Of a stretch of 64,000 nt of DNA, positions 38,950 to 52,600 are shown in pieces. The notes under the pieces were generated by a model. It ran no database searches. It worked only from the letters and a program-made list of their open reading frames with translations, and was not told where the DNA came from. How positions within the stretch are numbered: the stretch's first letter is position 1; each line of letters starts with the position of its first letter. The stretch is from Auanema rhodensis. Its lineage: Eukaryota; Animalia; Nematoda. The stretch covers positions 1,426,001 through 1,490,000 of the forward strand of contig OZ059899.1 in assembly GCA_964057225.1 (NCBI GenBank), written 5' to 3'. The position numbers and the translations under genes were made by a program.

Positions 38950-41410
38950 GTGTGAACACATATCAGTTGATATCTCGGTGCATTTTTAAGCTAGCGCAAA
39001 TCTGATAACACAGATCGACGCAGCTCAAAAATCCGCATCGAATGCACTATACTACATTGAGAAACGCTTAATACAAAAATTAGTTATGATCGTTTGAAAA
39101 ATGATGCATTAGTGTATGTTGAGTTTCCATGTACACTCAACATTGCTTCCAAAAACATTTTGACAAAAATTTTTTCGAAAAATTTCAAAATAATTTAGCA
39201 AAAAGTAGATGTTTTTAGATTTCATTTTTCAAGGCAAAGACGATGGACAATGTTATTCAACGAAAAAATTATTTCTTCAGGGTGAAAATCGAGGATATAA
39301 GTGTGAACTTATATCAGTTGATATCTCGGTGCATTTTTAAGCTAGCGCAAATCTGATAACACAGATCGACGCAGCTTAAAAATCCGCATCGAATGCACTA
39401 TACTACATTGAGAAACGCTTAATACAAAAATTAGTTATGATCGTTTGAAAAATGATGCATTAGTGTATGTTGAGTTTCCATGTACACTCAACATTGCTTC
39501 CAAAAACATTTTGACAAAAATTTTTTCGAAAAATTTCAAAATAATTTAGCAAAAAGTAGATGTTTTTAGATTCCGTTTTTCAAGGCAAAGACGATGGACA
39601 ATGTTATTCAACGAAAAAAATAATTCTTCAGGGTGAAAATCGAGGATATAAGTGTGAACTTATATCAGTTGATATCTCGGTGCATTTTCAAGCTAGCGCA
39701 AATCTGATAACACAGATCGACGCAGCTCAAAAATCCGCATCGAATGCACTATACTACATTGAGAAACGCTTAATACAAAAATTAGTTATGATCGTTTGAA
39801 AAATGATGCATTAGTGTATGTTGAGTTTCCATGTACACTCAACATTGCTTCCAAAAACATTTTGACAAAAATTTTTTCGAAAAATTTCAAAATAATTTAG
39901 CAAAAAGTAGATGTTTTTAGATTCCTTTTTTCAAGGCAAAGACGATGGACAATGTTATTCAACGAAAAAATTAATTCTTCAGGGTGAAAATCGAGGATAT
40001 ATGTGTGAACACATATCAGTTGATATCTCGGTGCATTTTTAAGCTAGCGCAAATCTGATAACACAGATCGACGCAGCTCAAAAATCCGCATCGAATGCAC
40101 TATACTACATTGAGAAACGCTTAATACAAAAATTAGTTATGATCGTTTGAAAAATGATGCATTAGTGTATGTTGAGTTTCCATGTACACTCAACATTGCT
40201 TCCAAAAACATTTTGACAAAAATTTTTTCGAAAAATTTCAAAATAATTTAGCAAAAAGTAGATGTTTTTAGATTTCATTTTTCAAGGCAAAGACGATGGA
40301 CAATGTTATTCAACGAAAAAATTATTTCTTCAGGGTGAAAATCGAGGATATAAGTGTGAACTTATATCAGTTGATATCTCGGTGCATTTTTAAGCTAGCG
40401 CAAATCTGATAACACAGATCGACGCAGCTTAAAAATCCGCATCGAATGCACTATACTACATTGAGAAACGCTTAATACAAAAATTAGTTATGATCGTTTG
40501 AAAAATGATGCATTAGTGTATGTTGAGTTTCCATGTACACTCAACATTGCTTCCAAAAACATTTTGACAAAAATTTTTTCGAAAAATTTCAAAATAATTT
40601 AGCAAAAAGTAGATGTTTTTAGATTCCGTTTTTCAAGGCAAAGACGATGGACAATGTTATTCAACGAAAAAAATAATTCTTCAGGGTGAAAATCGAGGAT
40701 ATAAGTGTGAACTTATATCAGTTGATATCTCGGTGCATTTTCAAGCTAGCGCAAATCTGATAACACAGATCGACGCAGCTCAAAAATCCGCATCGAATGC
40801 ACTATACTACATTGAGAAACGCTTAATACAAAAATTAGTTATGATCGTTTGAAAAATGATGCATTAGTGTATGTTGAGTTTCCATGTACACTCAACATTG
40901 CTTCCAAAAACATTTTGACAAAAATTTTTTCGAAAAATTTCAAAATAATTTAGCAAAAAGTAGATGTTTTTAGATTCCTTTTTTCAAGGCAAAGACGATG
41001 GACAATGTTATTCAACGAAAAAATTAATTCTTCAGGGTGAAAATCGAGGATATATGTGTGAACACATATCAGTTGATATCTCGGTGCATTTTTAAGCTAG
41101 CGCAAATCTGATAACACAGATCGACGCAGCTCAAAAATCCGCATCGAATGCACTATACTACATTGAGAAACGCTTAATACAAAAATTAGTTATGATCGTT
41201 TGAAAAATGATGCATTAGTGTATGTTGAGTTTCCATGTACACTCAACATTGCTTCCAAAAACATTTTGACAAAAATTTTTTCGAAAAATTTCAAAATAAT
41301 TTAGCAAAAAGTAGATGTTTTTAGATTTCATTTTTCAAGGCAAAGACGATGGACAATGTTATTCAACGAAAAAATTATTTCTTCAGGGTGAAAATCGAGG
41401 ATATAAGTGT
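38950..41410 (+). repeat. Local trimeric higher-order repeat (1053 bp), ~2.3 copies
   Basis: ATATGTGTGAACACATATC at 38958, 40011 and 41064; TTCCGTTTT and TTTTCAAGC variants at ~39575/40628; ORF copies 39560/40613. Confidence 0.88.
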
Positions 41411-42099
41411 GAACTTATATCAGTTGATATCTCGGTGCATTTTTAAGCTAGCGCAAATCTGATAACACAGATCGACGCAGCTTAAAAATCCGCATCGAAT
41501 GCACTATACTACATTGAGAAACGCTTAATACAAAAATTAGTTATGATCGTTTGAAAAATGATGCATTAGTGTATGTTGAGTTTCCATGTACACTCAACAT
41601 TGCTTCCAAAAACATTTTGACAAAAATTTTTTCGAAAAATTTTAAAATAATTTAGCAAAAAGTAGATGTTTTTAGATTTCATTTTTCAAGGCAAAGACGA
41701 TGGACAATGTTATTCAACGAAAAAATTAATTCTTCAGGGTGAAAATCGAGGATATAAGTGTGAACTTATATCAGTTGATATCTCGGTGCATTTTTAAGCT
41801 AGCGCAAATCTGATAACACAGATCGACGCAGCTTAAAAATCCGCATCGAATGCACTATACTACATTGAGAAACGCTTAATACAAAAATTAGTTATGATCG
41901 TTTGAAAAATGATGCATTAGTGTATGTTGAGTTTCCATGTACACTCAACATTGCTTCCAAAAACATTTTGACAAAAATTTTTTCGAAAAATTTCAAAATA
42001 ATTTAGCAAAAAGTAGATGTTTTTAGATTTCATTTTTCAAGGCAAAGACGATGGACAATGTTATTCAACGAAAAAATTAATTCTTCAGGGTGAAAATCG

Positions 42100-45000
42100 A
42101 GGATATAAGTGTGAACTTATAAAAGTTGATATCTCGGTGCATTTTTAAGCTAGCGCAAATCTGATAACACAGATCGACGCAGCTTAAAAATCCGCATCGA
42201 ATGCACTATACTACATTGAGAAACGCTTGATACAAAAATTAGTTATAATCGTTTGAAAAATGATGCATTAGTGTATGTTGAGTTTCCATGTACACTCAAC
42301 ATTGCTTCCAAAAACATTTTGACAAAAATTTTTTCGAAAAATTTCAAAATAATTTAGCAAAAAGTAGATGTTTTTAGATTTCATTTTTCAAGGCAAAGAC
42401 GATGGACAATGTTATTCAACGAAAAAATTAATTCTTCAGGGTGAAAATCGAGGATATAAGTGTGAACTTATATCAGTTGATATCTCGGTGCATTTTTAAG
42501 CTAGCGCAAATCTGATAACACAGATCGACGCAGCTTAAAAATCCGCATCGAATGCACTATACTACATTGAGAAACGCTTGATACAAAAATTAGTTATGAT
42601 GGTTTGAAAAATGATGCATTAGTGTATGTTGAGTTTCCATGTACACTCAACATTGCTTCCAAAAACATTTTGACAAAAATTTTTTCGAAAAATTTCAAAA
42701 TAATTTAGCAAAACGTAGATGTTATTAGATTCCTTTTTTCAAGGCAAAGACGATGGACAATGTTATTCAACGAAAAAATTAATTCTTCAGGGTGAAAATC
42801 GAGGATATAAGTGTGAACTTATATCAGTTGATATCTCGGTGCATTTTTAAGCTAGCGCAAATCTGATAACACAGATCGACGCAGCTTAAAAATCCGCATC
42901 GAATGCACTATACTACATTGAGAAACGCTTGATACAAAAATTAGTTATAATCATTTGAAAAATGATGCATTAGTGTATGTTAAGTTTCCATGTACACTCA
43001 ACATTGCTTCCAAAAACATTTTGACAAAAATTTTTTCGAAAAATTTCAAAATAATTTAGCAAAAAGTAGATGTTTTTAGATTTCATTTTTCAAGGCAAAG
43101 ACGATGGACAATGTTATTCAACGAAAAAATTAATTCTTCAGGGTGAAAATCGAGGATATAAGTGTGAACTTATATCAGTTGATATCTCGGTGCATTTTTA
43201 AGCTAGCGCAAATCTGATAACACAGATCGACGCAGCTTAAAAATCCGCATCGAATGCACTATACTACATTGAGAAACGCTTAATACAAAAATTAGTTATG
43301 ATCGTTTGAAAAATGATGCATTAGTGTATGTTGAGTTTCCATGTACACTCAACATTGCTTCCAAAAACATTTTGACAAAAATTTTTTCGAAAAATTTCAA
43401 AATAATTTAGCAAAAAGTAGATGTTTTTAGATTCCATTTTTCAAGGCAAAGACGATGGACAATGTTATTCAACGAAAAAATTATTTCTTCAGGGTGAAAA
43501 TCGAGGATATAAGTGTGAACTTATATCAGTTGATATCTCGGTGCATTTTTAAGCTAGCGCAAATCTGATAACACAGATCGACGCAGCTTAAAAATCCGCA
43601 TCGAATGCACTATACTACATTGAGAAACGCTTAATACAAAAATTAGTTATGATCGTTTGAAAAATGATGCATTAGTGTATGTTGAGTTTCCATGTACACT
43701 CAACATTGCTTCCAAAAACATTTTGACAAAAATTTTTTCGAAAAATTTCAAAATAATTTAGCAAAAAGTAGATGTTTTTAGATTCCATTTTTCAAGGCAA
43801 AGACGATGGACAATGTTATTCAACGAAAAAATTATTTCTTCAGGGTGAAAATCGAGGATATAAGTGTGAACTTATATCAGTTGATATCTCGGTGCATTTT
43901 TAAGCTAGCGCAAATCTGATAACACAGATCGACGCAGCTTAAAAATCCGCATCGAATGCACTATACTACATTGAGAAACGCTTAATACAAAAATTAGTTA
44001 TGATCGTTTGAAAAATGATGCATTAGTGTATGTTGAGTTTCCATGTACACTCAACATTGCTTCCAAAAACATTTTGACAAAAATTTTTTCGAAAAATTTC
44101 AAAATAATTTAGCAAAAAGTAGATGTTTTTAGATTTCATTTTTCAAGGCAAAGACGATGGACAATGTTATTCAACGAAAAAATTAATTCTTCAGGGTGAA
44201 AATCGAGGATATAAGTGTGAACTTATAAAAGTTGATATCTCGGTGCATTTTTAAGCTAGCGCAAATCTGATAACACAGATCGACGCAGCTTAAAAATCCG
44301 CATCGAATGCACTATACTACATTGAGAAACGCTTGATACAAAAATTAGTTATAATCGTTTGAAAAATGATGCATTAGTGTATGTTGAGTTTCCATGTACA
44401 CTCAACATTGCTTCCAAAAACATTTTGACAAAAATTTTTTCGAAAAATTTCAAAATAATTTAGCAAAAAGTAGATGTTTTTAGATTTCATTTTTCAAGGC
44501 AAAGACGATGGACAATGTTATTCAACGAAAAAATTAATTCTTCAGGGTGAAAATCGAGGATATAAGTGTGAACTTATATCAGTTGATATCTCGGTGCATT
44601 TTTAAGCTAGCGCAAATCTGATAACACAGATCGACGCAGCTTAAAAATCCGCATCGAATGCACTATACTACATTGAGAAACGCTTGATACAAAAATTAGT
44701 TATGATGGTTTGAAAAATGATGCATTAGTGTATGTTGAGTTTCCATGTACACTCAACATTGCTTCCAAAAACATTTTGACAAAAATTTTTTCGAAAAATT
44801 TCAAAATAATTTAGCAAAACGTAGATGTTATTAGATTCCTTTTTTCAAGGCAAAGACGATGGACAATGTTATTCAACGAAAAAATTAATTCTTCAGGGTG
44901 AAAATCGAGGATATAAGTGTGAACTTATATCAGTTGATATCTCGGTGCATTTTTAAGCTAGCGCAAATCTGATAACACAGATCGACGCAGCTTAAAAATC

Positions 45001-48000
45001 CGCATCGAATGCACTATACTACATTGAGAAACGCTTGATACAAAAATTAGTTATAATCATTTGAAAAATGATGCATTAGTGTATGTTAAGTTTCCATGTA
45101 CACTCAACATTGCTTCCAAAAACATTTTGACAAAAATTTTTTCAAAAAATTTCAAAATAATTTAGCAGAAAGTAGATGTTTTTAGATTTCATTTTTCAAG
45201 GCAAAGACGATGGACAATGTTATTCAACGAAAAAATTAATTCTTCAGGGTGAAAATCGAGGATATAAGTGTGAACTTATATCAGTTGATATCTCGGTGCA
45301 TTTTTAAGCTAGCGCAAATCTGATAACACAGATCGACGCAGCTTAAAAATCCGCATCGAATGCACTATACTACATTGAGAAACGCTTAATACAAAAATTA
45401 GTTATGATCGTTTGAAAAATGATGCATTAGTGTATGTTGAGTTTCCATGTACACTCAACATTGCTTCCAAAAACATTTTGACAAAAATTTTTTCGAAAAA
45501 TTTCAAAATAATTTAGCAAAAAGTAGATGTTTTTAGATTTCATTTTTCAAGGCAAAGACGATGGACAATGTTATTCAACGAAAAAATTAATTCTTCAGGG
45601 TGAAAATCGAGGATATAAGTGTGAACTTATAAAAGTTGATATCTCGGTGCATTTTTAAGCTAGCGCAAATCTGATAACACAGATCGACGCAGCTTAAAAA
45701 TCCGCATCGAATGCACTATACTACATTGAGAAACGCTTGATACAAAAATTAGTTATAATCGTTTGAAAAATGATGCATTAGTGTATGTTGAGTTTCCATG
45801 TACACTCAACATTGCTTCCAAAAACATTTTGACAAAAATTTTTTCGAAAAATTTCAAAATAATTTAGCAAAAAGTAGATGTTTTTAGATTTCATTTTTCA
45901 AGGCAAAGACGATGGACAATGTTATTCAACGAAAAAATTAATTCTTCAGGGTGAAAATCGAGGATATAAGTGTGAACTTATATCAGTTGATATCTCGGTG
46001 CATTTTTAAGCTAGCGCAAATCTGATAACACAGATCGACGCAGCTTAAAAATCCGCATCGAATGCACTATACTACATTGAGAAACGCTTGATACAAAAAT
46101 TAGTTATGATGGTTTGAAAAATGATGCATTAGTGTATGTTGAGTTTCCATGTACACTCAACATTGCTTCCAAAAACATTTTGACAAAAATTTTTTCGAAA
46201 AATTTCAAAATAATTTAGCAAAACGTAGATGTTATTAGATTCCTTTTTTCAAGGCAAAGACGATGGACAATGTTATTCAACGAAAAAATTAATTCTTCAG
46301 GGTGAAAATCGAGGATATAAGTGTGAACTTATATCAGTTGATATCTCGGTGCATTTTTAAGCTAGCGCAAATCTGATAACACAGATCGACGCAGCTTAAA
46401 AATCCGCATCGAATGCACTATACTACATTGAGAAACGCTTGATACAAAAATTAGTTATAATCATTTGAAAAATGATGCATTAGTGTATGTTAAGTTTCCA
46501 TGTACACTCAACATTGCTTCCAAAAACATTTTGACAAAAATTTTTTCAAAAAATTTCAAAATAATTTAGCAAAAAGTAGATGTTTTTAGATTTCATTTTT
46601 CAAGGCAAAGACGATGGACAATGTTATTCAACGAAAAAATTAATTCTTCAGGGTGAAAATCGAGGATATAAGTGTGAACTTATAAAAGTTGATATCTCGG
46701 TGCATTTTTAAGCTAGCGCAAATCTGATAACACAGATCGACGCAGCTTAAAAATCCGCATCGAATGCACTATACTACATTGAGAAACGCTTGATACAAAA
46801 ATTAGTTATAATCGTTTGAAAAATGATGCATTAGTGTATGTTGAGTTTCCATGTACACTCAACATTGCTTCCAAAAACATTTTGACAAAAATTTTTTCGA
46901 AAAATTTCAAAATAATTTAGCAAAAAGTAGATGTTTTTAGATTTCATTTTTCAAGGCAAAGACGATGGACAATGTTATTCAACGAAAAAATTAATTCTTC
47001 AGGGTGAAAATCGAGGATATAAGTGTGAACTTATATCAGTTGATATCTCGGTGCATTTTTAAGCTAGCGCAAATCTGATAACACAGATCGACGCAGCTTA
47101 AAAATCCGCATCGAATGCACTATACTACATTGAGAAACGCTTGATACAAAAATTAGTTATGATGGTTTGAAAAATGATGCATTAGTGTATGTTGAGTTTC
47201 CATGTACACTCAACATTGCTTCCAAAAACATTTTGACAAAAATTTTTTCGAAAAATTTCAAAATAATTTAGCAAAACGTAGATGTTATTAGATTCTTTTT
47301 TTCAAGGCAAAGACGATGGACAATGTTATTCAACGAAAAAATTAATTCTTCAGGGTGAAAATCGAGGATATAAGTGTGAACTTATATCAGTTGATATCTC
47401 GGTGCATTTTTAAGCTAGCGCAAATCTGATAACACAGATCGACGCAGCTTAAAAATCCGCATCGAATGCACTATACTACATTGAGAAACGCTTGATACAA
47501 AAATTAGTTATAATCATTTGAAAAATGATGCATTAGTGTATGTTAAGTTTCCATGTACACTCAACATTGCTTCCAAAAACATTTTGACAAAAATTTTTTC
47601 GAAAAATTTCAAAATAATTTAGCAAAAAGTAGATGTTTTTAGATTTCATTTTTCAAGGCAAAGACGATGGACAATGTTATTCAACGAAAAAATTAATTCT
47701 TCAGGGTGAAAATCGAGGATATAAGTGTGAACTTATAAAAGTTGATATCTCGGTGCATTTTTAAGCTAGCGCAAATCTGATAACACAGATCGGCGCAGCT
47801 TAAAAATCCGCATCGAATGCACTATACTACATTGAGAAACGCTTGATACAAAAATTAGTTATAATCGTTTGAAAAATGATGCATTAGTGTATGTTGAGTT
47901 TCCATGTACACTCAACATTGCTTCCAAAAACATTTTGACAAAAATTTTTTCGAAAAATTTCAAAATAATTTAGCAAAAAGTAGATGTTATTAGATTCCTT

Positions 48001-48780
48001 TTTTCAAGGCAAAGACGATGGACAATGTTATTCAACGAAAAAATTATTTCTTCAGGGTGAAAATCGAGGATATAAGTGTGAACTTATATCAGTTGATATC
48101 TCGGTGCATTTTTAAGCTAGCGCAAATCTGATAACACAGATCGACGCAGCTTAAAAATCCGGATCGAATGCACTATACTACATTGAGAAACGCTTGATAC
48201 AAAAATTAGTTATGATGGTTTGAAAAATGATGCATTAGTGTATGTTGAGTTTCCATGTACACTCAACATTGCTTCCAAAAACATTTTGACAAAAATTTTT
48301 TCGAAAAATTTCAAAATAATTTAGCAAAACGTAGATGTTATTAGATTCCTTTTTTCAAGGCAAAGACGATGGACAATGTTATTCAACGAAAAAATTAATT
48401 CTTCAGGGTGAAAATCGAGGATATAAGTGTGAACTTATATCAGTTGATATCTCGGTGCATTTTTAAGCTAGCGCAAATCTGATAACACAGATCGACGCAG
48501 CTTAAAAATCCGCATCGAATGCACTATACTACATTGAGAAACGCTTGATACAAAAATTAGTTATAATCATTTGAAAAATGATGCATTAGTGTATGTTAAG
48601 TTTCCATGTACACTCAACATTGCTTCCAAAAACATTTTGACAAAAATTTTTTCGAAAAATTTCAAAATAATTTAGCAAAAAGTAGATGTTTTTAGATTTC
48701 ATTTTTCAAGGCAAAGACGATGGACAATGTTATTCAACGAAAAAATTAATTCTTCAGGGTGAAAATCGAGGATATAAGTG
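42100..48780 (+). repeat. Recurrent 3-monomer motif with variable spacing (6, 4, 3, 3 monomers)
   Basis: The marker monomer (GATGGTTT plus AAACGTAGATGTTATTAG) occurs at 42601, 44707, 46111, 47164 and 48217, each preceded by an AA-type and followed by a CAT/TAA-type monomer. Confidence 0.85.
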
Positions 48781-49699
48781 TGAACTTATATCAGTTGATA
48801 TCTCGGTGCATTTTTAAGCTAGCGCAAATCTGATAACACAGATCGACGCAGCTTAAAAATCCGCATCGAATGCACTATACTACATTGAAGAACGCTCAAT
48901 ACAAAAATTAGTTATGATCGTTTGAAAAATGATGCATTAGTGTATGTTGAGTTTCCATGTACACTCAACATTGCTTCCAAAAACATTTTGACAAAAATTT
49001 TTTCGAAAAATTTCAAAATAATTTAGCAAAAAGTAGATGTTTTTAGATTCCTTTTTTCAAGGCAAAGACGATGGACAATGTTATTCAACGAAAAAATTAT
49101 TTCTTCAGGGTGAAAATCGAGGATATAAGTGTGAACTTATATCAGTTGATATCTCGGTGCATTTTTAAGCTAGCGCAAATCTGATAACACAGATCGCCGC
49201 AGCTTAAAAATCCGCATCGAATGCACTATACTACATTGAGAAACGCTTAATACAAAAATTAGTTATGATCGTTTGAAAAATGATGCATTAGTGTATGTTG
49301 AGTTTCCATGTACACTCAACATTGCTTCCAAAAACATTTTGACAAAAATTTTTTCGAAAAATTTCAAAATAATTTAGCAAAAAGTAGATGTTTTTAGATT
49401 CCTTTTTTCAAGGCAAAGACGATGGACAATGTTATTCAACGAAAAAATTAATTCTTCCGGGTGAAAATCGAGGATATAAGTGTGAACTTATATCAGTTGA
49501 TATCTCGGTGCATTTTTAAGCTAGCGCAAATCTGATAACACAGATCGACGCAGCTTAAAAATCCGCATCGAATGCACTATACTACATTGAAGAACGCTCA
49601 ATACAAAAATTAGTTATGATCGTTTGAAAAATGATGCATTAGTGTATGTTGAGTTTCCATGTACACTCAACATTGCTTCCAAAAACATTTTGACAAAAA

Positions 49700-52600
49700 T
49701 TTTTTCGAAAAATTTCAAAATAATTTAGCAAAAAGTAGATGTTTTTAGATTCCTTTTTTCAAGGCAAAGACGATGGACATTGTTATTCAACGAAAAAATT
49801 AATTCTTCAGGGTGAAAATCTAGGATATAAGTGTGAACTTATATCAGTTGATATCTCGGTACATTTTTAAGCTAGCGCAAATCTGATAACACAGATCGAC
49901 GCAGCTTAAAAATCCGCATCGAATGCACTATACTACATGGAAGAACGCTTAATACAAAAATTAATTATGATCGTTTGAAAAATGATGCATTAGTGTATGT
50001 TGAGTTTCCATGTACACTCAACATTGCTTCCAAAAACATTTTGACAAAAATTTTTTCGAAAAATTTCAAAATAATTTAGCAAAAAGTAGATGTTTTTAGA
50101 TTCCTTTTTTCAAGGCAAAGACGATGGACAATGTTATTCAACGAAAAAATTAATTCTTCAGGGTGAAAATCGAGGATATAAGTGTGAACTTATATCAGTT
50201 GATATCTCGGTGCATTTTTAAGCTAGCGCAAATCTGATAACATAGATCGACGCAGCTTAAAAATCCGCATCGAATGCACTATACTACATTGAAGAACGCT
50301 CAATACAAAAATTAGTTATGATCGTTTGAAAAATGATGCATTAGTGTATGTTGAGTTTCCATGTACACTCAACATTGCTTCCAAAAACATTTTGACAAAA
50401 ATTTTTTCGAAAAATTTCAAAATAATTTAGCAAAAAGTAGATGTTTTTAGATTCCTTTTTTCAAGGCAAAGACGATGGACAATGTTATTCAACGAAAAAA
50501 TTATTTCTTCAGGGTGAAAATCGAGGATATAAGTGTGAACTTATATCAGTTGATATCTCGGTGCATTTTTAAGCTAGCGCAAATCTGATAACACAGATCG
50601 ACGCAGCTTAAAAATCCGGATCGAATGCACTATACTACATTGAAGAACGCTTAATACAAAAATTAGTTATGATCGTTTGAAAAATGATGCATTAGTGTAT
50701 GTTGAGTTTCCATGTACACTCAACATTGCTTCCAAAAACATTTTGACAAAAATTTTTTCGAAAAATTTCAAAATAATTTAGCAAAAAGTAGATGTTTTTA
50801 GATTCCATTTTTCAAGGCAAAGACGATGGACAATGTTATTCAACGAAAAAACTAATTCTTCAGGGTGAAAATCGAGGATATAAGTGTGAACTTATATCAG
50901 TTGATATCTCGGTGCATTTTTAAGCTAGCGCAAATCTGATAACACAGATCGACGCAGCTTCAAAATCCGGATCGAATGCACTATACTACATTAAGAAACG
51001 CTTGATACAAAAATTAGTTATGATCGTTTGAAAAATGATGCATTAGTGTATGTTGAGTTTCCATGTACACTCAACATTGCTTCCAAGAACATTTTGACAA
51101 AAATTTTTTCGAAAAATTTCAAAATAATTTAGCAAAAAGTAGATGTTTTTAGATTCCATTTTTCAAGGCAAAGACGATGGACAATGTTATTCGACGAAAA
51201 AAATAATTCTTCAGGGTGAAAATTGAGGATATAAGTGTGAACTTATATCAGTTGATATCTCGGTGCATTTTTAAGCTAGCGCAAATCTGATAACACAGAT
51301 CGACGCAGCTTAAAAATCCGCATCGAATGCACTATACTACATTGAGAAACGCTTAATACACAAATTAGTTATGATCGTTTGAAAAATGATGCATTAGTGT
51401 ATGTTGAGTTTCCATGTACACTCAACATTGCTTCCAAAAACATTTTGACAAAAATTTTTTCGAAAAATTTCAAAATAATTTAGCAAAAAGTAGATGTTTT
51501 TAGATTCCTTTTTTCAAGGCAAAGACGATGGACAATGTTATTCAACGAAAAAATTATTTCTTCAGGGTGAAAATCGAGGATATAAGTGTAAACTTATATC
51601 AGTTGATATCTCGGTGCATTTTTAAGCTAGCGCAAATCTGATAACACAGATCGACGCAGCTTAAAAATCCGCATCGAATGCACTATACTACATTGAGAAA
51701 CGCTTAATACAAAAATTAGTTATGATCGTTTGAAAAATGATGCATTAGTGTATGTTGAGTTTCCATGTACACTCAACATTGCTTCCAAAAACATTTTGAC
51801 AAAAATTTTTTCGAAAAATTTCAAAATAATTTAGCAAAAAGTAGATGTTTTTAGATTCCTTTTTTCAAGGCAAAGACGATGGACATTGTTATTCAACGAA
51901 AAAATTAATTCTTCAGGGTGAAAATCTAGGATATAAGTGTGAACTTATATCAGTTGATATCTCGGTACATTTTTAAGCTAGCGCAAATCTGATAACACAG
52001 ATCGACGCAGCTTAAAAATCCGCATCGAATGCACTATACTACATGGAAGAACGCTTAATACAAAAATTAATTATGATCGTTTGAAAAATGATGCATTAGT
52101 GTATGTTGAGTTTCCATGTACACTCAACATTGCTTCCAAAAACATTTTGACAAAAATTTTTTCGAAAAATTTCAAAATAATTTAGCAAAAAGTAGATGTT
52201 TTTAGATTCCTTTTTTCAAGGCAAAGACGATGGACAATGTTATTCAACGAAAAAATTAATTCTTCAGGGTGAAAATCGAGGATATAAGTGTGAACTTATA
52301 TCAGTTGATATCTCGGTGCATTTTTAAGCTAGCGCAAATCTGATAACATAGATCGACGCAGCTTAAAAATCCGCATCGAATGCACTATACTACATTGAAG
52401 AACGCTCAATACAAAAATTAGTTATGATCGTTTGAAAAATGATGCATTAGTGTATGTTGAGTTTCCATGTACACTCAACATTGCTTCCAAAAACATTTTG
52501 ACAAAAATTTTTTCGAAAAATTTCAAAATAATTTAGCAAAAAGTAGATGTTTTTAGATTCCTTTTTTCAAGGCAAAGACGATGGACAATGTTATTCAACG

